Shown: positions 53,131 to 64,000 of the stretch, in pieces
Numbering within the stretch: the stretch's first letter is position 1
How the letters are laid out: each line of letters opens with the position of its first letter
NCBI GenBank assembly: GCA_964016885.1
Contig: OZ024741.1
Location: forward strand, 368,156,001-368,220,000
Direction of reading: 5' to 3'
Length of the DNA: 64,000 nucleotides
Source of the DNA: Eledone cirrhosa
Taxonomy: Eukaryota
The notes under the pieces: model-generated
The model's input: the letters and a program-made list of their open reading frames with translations, nothing else
Told to the model about the DNA's origin: nothing
Databases searched by the model: none
Made by a program: the position numbers and the translations under genes

Positions 53131-53339
53131 GGCGGTGGATTGGTAGAATCGGTTGAGCGTCGGCCACTATGCTTCGTGGCATAGAGTTACGACCCTTTAC
53201 ATTCTGAATTCAAATCCTACCGAGGTTAGGTTTCATCCTTACAGGGTCGATAAAATAAAGTACCAGTCACGCCTGGGGTTTGATTTAATCGACTTTCCCC
53301 TCCCTAATATCGTTGGCCTTGTGCCTAAATCAGAAATCG
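53131..53339 (+). mobile_element. tRNA-derived SINE, full length
   Basis: GGCGGTGGATTGGTAGAATCGG head, B-box-like TTCAAATCC, TSD TTATATTTGTATTTTGTGG on both sides. Further copies lie near 3411, 20730, 26476, 45040, 48618, 48853, 51020 and 61980. Confidence 0.85.
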
Positions 53340-53740
53340 TTATATTTGTATTTTGTGGTGTGGTAAGAAACTTTCAGGAGAGCTAGACAGAAGAAGGTCT
53401 TCAGAGAAGAAACCCCTCGAGAAAAGTTCACATTTTTTTCCCAAATAAAAAAGCTGACAATATAGATAGATTTCTTTATTAAATAGATATGTTTCTTTAT
53501 TAGCCACAGGGGCACAAAGGAAGGGGACAAATACAAAGGCGGAAGTTTACATACAATAAAAACGTGTAAAATACTATCACAAATGCAATTTAAAAATTAA
53601 TCGATTTTCCCCAATAGGGGGAGACATTACATATGGGTAACACATACCCCCGAACCAGGAATACGAAGAGTGAGTACCCCTTTCCTCTCTTCCTCTTTTT
53701 CCTCAACCTACAGGCTGATATAGAGAGAAAAAAATAGATA

Positions 53741-56700
53741 ATTTTCTTTTTATTTGCCACCAGGGCATCAAAAAGTGGGACAAGTACAATGGGGGGAGTT
53801 TACATGAAAAGGCGTCCTCAATAAGGAGGAGGCAATAACAAAGTATAAAAATAAAATAAAATATAACAAAATAAATTTTATAACAAAATCCTCAATAGGG
53901 AGGAGGCGCCTTGGGGGGTCGCACACACACCCGAAAAAAGTGTTCAACCCTTCTCAGGAGCACAGAGAGGGGGTGCTCCCTTGATCTTTCATCTTCCTCA
54001 CCTATAGTCTGATGTAGAGTGAAGGCCCATTCACACGGGCCATTCTCGCCACTTTCACCCATCTTTCATAAAAACCGCTGGGGTGCAGCACCTCTCTCTC
54101 CATCCTGATCCTTCTTCCGAAATGATATCGGAAGAAACGGACCAGTTGTTGGCCAGAGAGAAAGGTGTCTGACCTCAGTTCTTTCAGACGCGTCCACCAT
54201 ACAACCTCTTTCGCCATGGCTATTACACACAGAAACACCGCCTCTCCTTCGTTTTTGAAGAGGGGAGGCGGCTTGATCGTTACAATAGACTCGGTGGTCA
54301 ACCGGATCGGTCCCACCCTTGACAGCAGTTGTTCGACATAGCCCCACAGATCGGCAATGCCCGAGCAGTGTACCAATGCGTGTGCAACGGTTTCCTCGTC
54401 GCACACGCATCTGGGACAGATCTTTTTCGAGGGATCCCTACCCGGGCGCCCGTATCTGTAGAGCCTTTCTCGAACGGGCAGAGCCCCTCGGTAGCACTAC
54501 CAGGCCAGGGACCTCTGGAAGTTATCCATGGGTCTCGGGCTGAATGTCCTACCGAACAGGTTGTCCAGTTCGTCTTCCTCCATGCCTAGGGCTTCTCCAA
54601 GGGCGTCGTCGCACCTGCTAACCATCAGCCCTCTATAGAATGACGAGGTGGATTTTCCACTGACAGCCGGGTCTTCCTGCCAGAGAGCCGTGAGCGCCTG
54701 GGCACACTCGGTGTGCCAGGCGCCCAGTATTCTCGGTCTTTGCTTGACCCAGGATTGCAGCTCGGTGAGTGAGACGAGTCTGGGAAAGGCTCGCCTCACA
54801 AACGGGGCCCACACCGGTTGACCGGTGAGGAATACCTGGAGGTGCCGTAGCCTTAATGCGTGTTTACGTATCATTAGCCACGGCATCCCCAGCCCTCCTT
54901 TCGAAGGGTGTTGACAGCAGATGGATCTCCTCACCATAGGAGCCCGCTTCTTCCAAAGGAATTGGAAGAGTGCGCGCTCCATTTTGGCGAGCGTTTCCCT
55001 TCGGCCCACTTCTGGGTCAGTGCAAACACCCTGTTTGTTACCTCATCCCAGTTCTTCTCCACCTGGAGGTCTGGTCCGAACCAGACCCCAAGCAACTTCA
55101 CCGGGCCCTCCGCCCAGCGCCCGACGACGCCATCGGAGGGCATCGATCTGCCCTTCCACGTGCCGAGTTGCAGACCGATCGACTTGTCCCGGTTCAGCTT
55201 AGCCCTTGTAAACCTTTCATACTCCTCCAGTAAGGTGCCGATCGCCCCGATTTCCGAGGCCGTCGACACCATTAGTGTTACGTCATTGGCGTAGGCCGAC
55301 ACCGCTTTCCGCAATCCCGGTTCCAACGGGATGCCCTGCAACAACTCCAACTTCCGCAGCAGTGGCTCTAGAGTCATTACATACAGAAGGGAGGAGAGAG
55401 GGCACCCTTGTCGGATGGACCGCGCGATTTCGAACGGCTCCGAGAGGTAGCCGTTGACCTTGACCCTAGAGCAGATGCGGCTGCTGTGCATAGCATTGAT
55501 CCAGCCCCTGAAAACCGGTCCGAAGCCTGCCGCCGCTAGCACCGCATCCAGTTAACCCTATCGAACGCCTTAGATTGATCCAAGTTGATCAGGGCCCCAC
55601 CAAAGCCGGGTTCGTTCCCAACCCTCTCTATGATGTATCGCATGAGGTGGAGGTTGTCGTGGATGGACCTGGACGGGATAGCACATGTCTGCGCATCTCC
55701 CACCAGGTTGCCCGCGACAAGCGCCAACCTCTTTGCTAGCACCTTGGACAAAATCTGTAACTCTGTATTTAGCAGAGTTATGGGCCTAAAATTATTTATA
55801 TCGTCCCCCTTGTTCTCGTCCTTCCTCACTAGCGTGACTACGCCCTTGGTCACAGCACAGGGAATTCTCCCGTTCTGTTGCCAGTTGCAGTAGACTGCCT
55901 CGAGGAGATCGGGGAACAAGTCCGGCATAGCTAGATATAGTTCGTATGGAAGACCATCGAGACCCGGGGATTTGCGTTTGCCGCATTGGCTCAGCACGTC
56001 CTCTATCTCAGCGGCTGAAATTGGCTCCTCGCAGGACTTCGCCTCTCTGTCCGAGAGACGCGACAGGCCGTCGAGGTATGGAGCGAAGTCCACTTCCCCA
56101 ACCGGCTCCCCGCCCCTTCCGAACAATCCGGCAAAGTGATTTTGAAAAGCCTCGCACATCTGCTTAGGTTCAAGGATCACCCGTCCATCCTGGTCTCGCA
56201 AAGACCGGATAGTGGATCTACTCCCTCTTTTGGCTTCTGTCACGCGGGCCCAGCTAACAGCTTTGGTCCCCTCGTTTCCCAGAGCACGTATTTTGCTTCG
56301 GACGATGCAGCCTTCGTGTTTCGCTTCGAAGAACTAGCCCAGGGCCGTTCTCGATGCTAGCACTCTGGCTACGTCGCCGCTTCTAATTGCCTCTTCTACA
56401 CTATCTACCAACTCCCTTTCCTTCCTATTTCTATTTGAGGCTAACTCCTTACTAAATTCTATAGAGACTACTCTAATCTCTCTTTTGAGAGATCCCCACC
56501 ACCTGCTGTTGACGATGGCGCCCGTCAACCGCTCCTTAACTAAAGTGCTAATCCGGTCCCTGTAAGCCTTACTTGCCGGTAAGGATAAGTTGAGCTTCCA
56601 GTAACCGGGTCCATGTCTATGCGTTCTGTCAAGGTTGACCATGCAGGTCACTAACTTGTGGTCTAAATAGCCAACCATACGCATTTTTGGACAACTTAAA

Positions 56701-57870
56701 AAGACCATATCCTTATTTCTAACTAAGAACCTATCTAGGTACGACCTAGATGATCCGCTACGGTTTGCCCAAGTCCAGGTTGGCGCAGTCGGAAAATTTA
56801 GTCGATATCTATCGGCCAGGTCAAATCGACCGATTAACCCTTTGAGGCTATTACACCCCTCTCTATCGGGACAGGCCCCTACGTAGTCCCAGCGTGCATC
56901 TAGGATACCATTCCAGTCCCCCACTAATAGCAAGGAGCGGGACGTCCCTAGAAAAGTCTCCAGACGATGGAAGAAGTCCGGCCGCATTGACCCGAAAGGG
57001 CCGTAGGCGGCTACCAACCTAAACGCTCCGCCTTCACCACTGCCAAGGTCCAGAACCACTAGTCGACCCTCCGGGTCCAAATGTACCGTCTGTGTTGCGA
57101 GACCCAGATGTTTTTGCAGCAGAACGACAACCCCACCCCCACCTCCGGGCTGACAGAGAGATGCGTGCATCTCAAAGTCATCAAACGTGGGGGCCAGCTG
57201 TCGCACGTTGCTGATCCCGGCCTCGCAAATAACCATCACATCTATACATTGTGACCTGAGGTCATTTAGAAACATTGCTTGCTCCCAAGTTGAGCCCAGG
57301 CCACGCGCATTTAGACAGCCTACTCTTAGCATAGCCATGTTGGTGGTGAAGAGAAAAGGCACTTACCTCTCTGCGTCCCGGGTATCGGGCTGCACAATTT
57401 CCATGAGGGTGGGGGATGGGTTGTTGGGTGGGGTGGTGGTTTGTGGAAGTGTAGGGGCATCAGTGTGTTGTGTGGTTGGGGTGTTTGGAGTTGTGTGGGT
57501 GTTTGGGGAGGGGGTGGGGTAGTTTTTTTAGGAGGACGCGGTTAATGGGCCCGACGCAGGGTGGGGGGCACGTCCTCTTTAAAGTTTTTTTTTTTTTTTA
57601 TAAGTGTCCTCTGGGGCCTTAATCATTTTGAGGTGGAGGAAATCCCCTGCCTGGGTGAAGTTAGGCCCTTGGCTTTTTATCAAATTGTTGTTGTACACAA
57701 TGTTTAACAGTTTTTTGTTTCTTGTGTTTATGTATGTGTATGCATGTTTTTGTTTTTCTGTGGTGTTTTTTGTTTGCTGTTGTTGTGTGCTCTTTTGTGT
57801 TGGTGTCAGTGTTATGTTTTGGGGAGGGGTTGTTTTCATTTGTGTGTCTGAGGTGTGTGTAGAGAGAAGA
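53741..57870 (-). mobile_element. L1/Tx1-clade LINE: ORF2 (APE endonuclease + RT + zinc-finger region), frameshifted
   Basis: 57338->54002: LNARGL, GDWN, SYLDRF, DHK, GYWKLN, SPGLDGLP, FRPITLLN, DQSKAFDRV, RQGCPLS, YANDV (catalytic D->N), ETVAHAL..C. Confidence 0.92.
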
Positions 57871-58149
57871 AAATAGATAGCTGTGGCATTTGTGTTTGTA
57901 ATTTCAAGTTGTCAAAATTCAACACATGCACACTTATAACTCTATTACTTAATTACATAAATATTTTACAAGAAAATATAGAATCACACTGGTAGCGTTA
58001 CCGCGTGATAGCGAGGCTAGGGTGCTGGAACAACCAAGCACCCTCACCTGATATTTGTATTGATCTGGCAACAGAATGGAGTGACCGACATCGTTATAAT
58101 AAATAATAATGGAATCATTGTCTACAATGCTCAGGTGCACTACTACATT

Positions 58150-61100
58150 ATGCCATTAAGAGATCGAAACACTGCCAGGCAGATCACATCGCCATGGGGC
58201 AAGACAACAGATGCACCATCAGAGTGACGGAGTGGACAAGACCAAAAGTGAGATAGAGAAACAACCTCACTCATCATTTGGGACCCGGGTGGTCAAGGCT
58301 CTGATACTGTAGATTTGGATGGAGGGTGGAAACTCCACTATTCAGGTATGGCCCCAGAAATAACTGCCCAGACAGGAGTGGGGATACTCACAAACCCCTG
58401 GCAGTCAGAATGTGTTATGAGCTGGATTTCATTAGGAGGGAGGATTTGCCTCTTGAAGCTTAAGCTGAAAAATGTCTCTGTGGGTGGTACTAGTGTAACG
58501 GTCCGTTTGCGTGTGTGGCTGTGAGTGGTAATTCTCACTGTAGTAGAAGAGTGGATTATGATGATGATGATGATTTGAATTCGTAGTAGATAATTGCAAT
58601 AAGTAGCCAATGTGTACATCTGTTGGAAAGTGAATGTGTTTTATCCATGGGGAAAATGATTTCCCTTTTTACTTTGCTAGGAGTATGGAAGAAAAATGAA
58701 CACGCCCACTATTTTATATGAGATTTATTGTGAAGTATTTCATGACAGAAACACATGAATTAACATTTTGTTATATCCAAAAGATATGAACAACAAACAA
58801 CGAGGAAAGAATTTGTTACACGAAGAAAGTGCATGAGATATGTTTGGGTAGGGTGAATGCGTGTGTGCAGTGATACAAAGTAACTTGCAGAAGTGATACA
58901 AAGTAATACAGAAGTGGCTGGATGCTATTTCTAGTGGTCATGCCTGTTGGCAGGCCGGAGATATGTTGCCTGTGATTTACATGGCTCTGGTTCCTTGATT
59001 CAACTTCCTCGATGTGTTGAAATGCAGATGGAAAAATGTTGCGGAGGCCCTTGTCGAGAAGACCAATGCGTTTTGTTAAGAGCTACATCTTGCTAGTTGC
59101 TTGAGCAGATCGATTTGATGCGTCTGTTGAGAGGGACCAGAGTAGACAACCTGAAAGCAAAAGTTATTTTCTCTCCACCTCAAACTGACCTGGGACTCCA
59201 GACAAACTGACGCCCATCCAGATAACAGATAAAAATGACAGCTAGGTGCCATCCGGGAGTCAGTTTATGAATAGATTTTGCTACACAAGTTTATGCACCA
59301 AACAAGGAGTCCGAATACAGGTCCTTCCTTGGTGAAGTCATTGCAGTGTTAGCTGTAGTTAAGACTAAGTCATATATCCTGATGGGAGGCTTCAATGCAT
59401 ATGTTGGCACTGACCACCTGACATGGAAAGGAGTGACTGGAAGGAATGACGACCCTGATCTAAATACGAATGAGGAAGCCTTATTACACCTCTGTTCTAG
59501 CAATGGACTCTCTATTATGAACACCTTTTTCCAGCACTGAGACATTCATAAATATACATGGTATAAGGGGAATCAGGGACAGAAATCAGTAATTGATTTT
59601 GTAATGGTCTTTTTGATTCACTGCTGGATGTACGTGTTAAGAGAGGAGCTGAGCTGTCAACTGATCACCATCTAGTTATCTGCAGCTTGAGACTACCTAA
59701 AGCTAAAGAAGCCCACAAAACTGGCAGGTTCAGGGCGACCTACAGGAGAAAGTGGGAAGTATTGGTGGATAAAGAAATCAGGACCAGGTATACAGATACT
59801 ATTGCATCCAAATTCAGAGAACTCCCTGAGCGAGCAAACTGGGGATGTTGAGACAGAATGGAGATTGTTCAGCTCAGTAGTTTCTGCTTCAGCAGTTAAA
59901 TGCTGCGGGTGAAAGATGTTTGGTGAAGCGCCAGATGACAGGAGGGCCTTGTAGCAGGAGTTGCCTCCCTTGTTGTGACACTCACATCCCCAATAGATTA
60001 ACGCTCTCTAGACAGGAAGTAGAACCCTTTCTGTAATTTCCGGTCAGAACCCTATAAAACTAACAACGTTAAGCTCCCTATCTCTCATTTTGCCTTTCCG
60101 GCGCCTGGCCTTCGCCAGGCGTCTCTCTGCCAGCCGCGGTCTCCTGGCAATCAAACGGTAACTAATAACTTTGCTTCATTCTCTCATCCATTCATTGACA
60201 TGTCAACTATACTGTTCTATATATCCACAAATTGTTAATTGAATATTATACACTCAAACCACTTCTCCTTGTTACATTCATACACGCCAGTATTTTGCAA
60301 TAATTGGTATCCCCGACGTGATACGAACACGCAGCCGTTCATTGTTATAAGTGGTGACCCCGAAAAAAAGAAAAAATAGCAGAATCTGGTGTTGTGTGAG
60401 TAACATAACGAATACACAGCAAATTGTATTGACAAACTATGAAAATACTCAGTCAAAGAAACGCACACACGCACATGTGAAATTTTCGTCCAGACAGACT
60501 ATTTTTCTCTCACGCATCAACTAACTGTCGCAACCAATTATAGCAAAATACTAGTGTGTATGAATGTAACAAGGAGAAGTGGTTTGAGTGTATTGATATT
60601 TAATAAACAATTTGTGGATATATTGAACAGTATAGTTGACATGTCAATGAATAGATGAAAGAATGAAGCAAAGTTATTAGTTACCGTTTTGATTGCCAGA
60701 CGAACGTGGCGGCTGGCAGAGAGACGCCTGGCCTTCGCCAGGCGCCTGAAAGGCAAAATGAGTGATAGGGAGCTTAACGTTGTTAGTTTTATAGGGTTCT
60801 GACCGGAAGTTACAGAAAGGGTTCTACTTCCTGTCTAGAGAGCGTTAATCTATTGGGGATGTGAGTATCACAACAAGGGAGGACAGGAGGGTCTCATGGT
60901 TTAATCAAGAGGTCAAGGATGTCATCCGAACAAAGAAGGAGGCCGACAAAGATTGGCGAGGAAATACGTCCTCCTTTTTGCATTTGCGGCACAAGCAAGC
61001 ACGAAAAATCGCAGCAGAGACAGTAAAGGCGTCCAAAGTTAAGAGTGGTGGAGAGAATACTTTGCTGATCTCCTAAACCTGATCACAACATCTAATGTAC

Positions 61101-61520
61101 ACGAGGTGCATCTGGGAGAGTGACTAATCTCTCAGGGGCTGAGGTCACAAATGCAGTAAAAGAGCTCAAATGGGGCAAGGCCCTTGGAGAAGATTAAGTC
61201 CAATCCGGGTTGTTAAAAGCCTTAAATAGAGAAGTTATTCTCTGGCTGACTCGTGTGTGTCGGGTGATCTCTGAAAAGGCACCTAAGCAATGGCAATCGG
61301 GAGTGATAATCCCAATTTTTAAAAAGAGAGATTGTTCCAATTACAAAGGGGTCTTCTTGTTAAGCCTCAACGGTAAAGTATATGCTAAATGTCTGGCAAA
61401 GAGATGCAGGGAGATTGTTGAGTTCAAGCTAGTTGATGAACAGTGCGGGTTTCGCCCCGGACACAGCAGAGCCGACCAAATATTCACACTGCGGCAGGTC
61501 TTCCAGAAAAATTTAATCAA
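58150..61520 (+). mobile_element. RTE-clade LINE, degenerate, interrupted by two insertions
   Basis: Endonuclease motifs (GVGIL, VYAP, G.FNA.VG, TDHHLV) and RT start (NYKGV.LLS..GKVYAK, QCGFRPG) in pieces. Confidence 0.8.
59947..60882. mobile_element. non-autonomous DNA element with ~320-bp inverted repeats (Mutator/foldback-like)
   Basis: 59964-60286 is the reverse complement of ~60555-60882; 9-10 bp direct repeat (G)ACAGGAGGG on both sides. Confidence 0.8.
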
Positions 61521-62805
61521 TTAAAAATGAAGGTTCATTAAACAGCGTAATAAATATGAATTTTACAAGATTGAATCCTTATTTAAACTTTCCTTTTTAT
61601 ATACATGTTGTACGAAATTGAACTTTCCTTTATATATATATATATGCTCTGTGAAATGATATCACTACTGTGATTGGAACTTTACCCGGGGCAAAATAAT
61701 TGTTTCCTACCAAATGCGAGATGTGTGTAGATCTGCGAAACTCTGATAGTTTAATCCCTCATTTTTCTACAAATCTAGTCGTTTCCAACTGGTTTGGTGG
61801 TTATATTCGTTGATAACGTAAAAAAATCGGGGAGAAAATTCCGAGATAGGGGCCCCTCCCCCTGTTTTCCGGGAAAAAAGTCGATTGCAAACATCTTAGA
61901 GGTTAGATTAGTTGATAGCGCAAAAAAAAAAAACAAGAAAATGTTTTTTCTCCTACTGAAATCGAAGTGGTGTTATATGATAATTGTTTCTACTTTTGGC
62001 ACAAGGTCAGCAATTACACCAGTGCGTTACTGGTACTTTATTTTATCGACTCCGTAAGGATGAAAGGCAAAGTTAACCTCGACGGGATTTGAACTCAGAA
62101 CGTAAAGGGCTATAACTCTATGCTGTAAAGCTTTACCGATACTGCCATATAATACCCATATTCTAAAGAGAGCGAGAGAGATTTGTAAGTACATATGTTA
62201 AGCTTTATTTTCGTATTCCATATAAATTATCGTTAATGAATTTCATTTTAATTTTTAAAATACTTATTTCAGATGTAATTCACAATTCGTTATTTTATTT
62301 TAAGTTTTACAGTAAAGAATACAAAAATATGTTTTCACTTTTTATCACTCTGCTTCAGTAAAATAAATGGCGGCGAAAATAAGCATTTGAAGAACTGGTC
62401 TAAACTTAACGAGTAAATGGTTGTTATTTCGTGAACGACAACATTTAAAAAAATGGCTTCAGCTCTGGAAAATTATATTAGCAGTATCCTTTTTCATAAA
62501 CACTTTCTTCGTTATACTTTAATTTCTACTTTGCGCCTCAAAATTAAAATGTTTTTATTTGTGATGTATATATATTATTAGCCCACGCCGGTTATTGCAT
62601 CTGTTTTTATATTAGATCTATATTCAGTATATTTTATATATTTTTTTTTCATTTTCAAATGTTATCCAAATTTTCATACCTTACTAAAAACAATATCTAT
62701 TTTGTTTAATGGCACTCATTAATCGTACCGGCATTTGTCTCCATAAATCTATTTATCTAGCCAACTATATCTATTTATTAACCTGTGTGTGTCTATAAAT
62801 GTATT

Positions 62806-62858
<53 letters not shown>

Positions 62859-62870
62859 GAAAATCTTTAA

Positions 62871-62956
62871 CCCCGACGGCAGAGCTCAAGCCGTTTCGGC
62901 GGCTATTTCTGAGGCCAGAAATAACCGTCGAAATGGCTTGAGCTCTGCCGTCGGGG
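62871..62956. mobile_element. 86-bp palindromic TTAA-flanked MITE
   Basis: TTAA|CCCCGACGGCAGAGCTCAAGCC...GGCTTGAGCTCTGCCGTCGGGG|TTAA. Confidence 0.75.
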
Positions 62957-63259
62957 TTAAACATTTTCCTATTACCCACTCTACTACCCTAAGTATTGAG
63001 TACTCTCGTCCGTTATGATCCATCTGGTTCATTACCACACTTCCTTCGTTATATATATTATATATATATGTGTGTGTGTGTACATTTTTCGTTCATCATT
63101 ATTTTCACGTCATCCTTTCATGTTGACATGGTTGGACTAGATTTTCTTCAGCAGTGTTTTACAGCCGGGTACCCTTCCGGATACCAAACCTTCTTACATG
63201 GTTGAAGAAAATGAGCTCTAACATTTAATACTTATGAAACAACTGGAAATTGTAGCAGC

Positions 63260-63625
63260 ACTTTTAACTGTGGTAGTATGGTCAATTGGTAGGGCTACTG
63301 TTGTCGCATGTACAAGCAACTATGGTCAGTTGGTGGGACTACTTTAGTCACATGTACCAACACCCATAACTGTGGCCACATTTACCAACCCCCCTTAACT
63401 GTAGTCATAGGGTCAACTGGTAAGAATAATGTGGTCACATGTAAACACCCTTAACTGTGGTCACTATTAACTCCCTAAATTGTGGTCATATGGTAAGTTA
63501 ATGGGATTCTGTTGGTCACATGAAAACAGCCTTAACTGTGTTTATATAGTTATCTATTTAGTGGGAGTAGTGATCACATGTAAATACTCTTAACTGTGGT
63601 CATATGGTCAATTTGTGGGAAGTAC
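63260..63625. repeat. degenerate ~60-bp tandem repeat
   Basis: Recurrent TTAACTGTGGTCATATGGTCAA...GTCACATGTA. Confidence 0.75.
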
Positions 63626-64000
63626 TATCCTTTTTGCGTTACTGTAACCCTCTGAAAACATTTCATATATATTTATATTAATCTATCTATCTGTCTGTAA
63701 TCTTTTCAAAATGCACATTATGATTTAGACGGTTTTTGTCTTGAAACTGCTTGTAGTGCAGATTTGAGTCATACTGTACGTATGTATGTGTGTGTATACA
63801 TATATATATGTGTGTGTGTATATATATTTTGCGTTAGGAAGGGCATCCAGCTGTAGAAAGTAAATCAAAATCAGTTCTGTAGAGTAAGACATGGTCACCT
63901 GACCTAATATTGCCCACAACAGAATAACTCGTCTAACCCATGCTAACGTGGAAAAATGGATGCAAAACGGTGATGATGAGGATGATCTGTCTCTGTCAGT

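Noticed and set aside
54066-57876. Many overlapping ORFs on both strands
   Set aside because: Shadow frames of the GC-rich Tx1 LINE.

Overview
AT-rich eukaryotic genomic DNA with many (TA)n/(CA)n microsatellites. The repeat landscape (RTE-tailed CATCAT repeats, tRNA-derived SINEs, piggyBac MITEs) suggests a cephalopod such as Octopus; this is an inference. Two convergent intron-containing genes can be spliced by hand. RPS23 (+ strand, 4 coding exons, 6142-19444) gives 143 aa. An MDM1-like microtubule-binding protein gene (- strand, about 19 exons, ~52918-20228) gives about 946 aa and carries a recent tandem duplication of an exon pair. The most notable structure is the 11.2-kb third intron of RPS23. 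It holds 11 sense-strand copies of three box C/D snoRNA families: SNORD43-like x5, a compact SNORD17-like x3, and an orphan family x3. Some copies are intact and some decayed. They are interleaved with a Helitron relic, piggyBac MITEs, a 97-bp perfect hairpin, and a nested piggyBac pair split by an inversion. The rest is LINE debris (Tx1, CR1, RTE, Vingi, CRE, Penelope-like), SINEs, MITEs and minisatellites.
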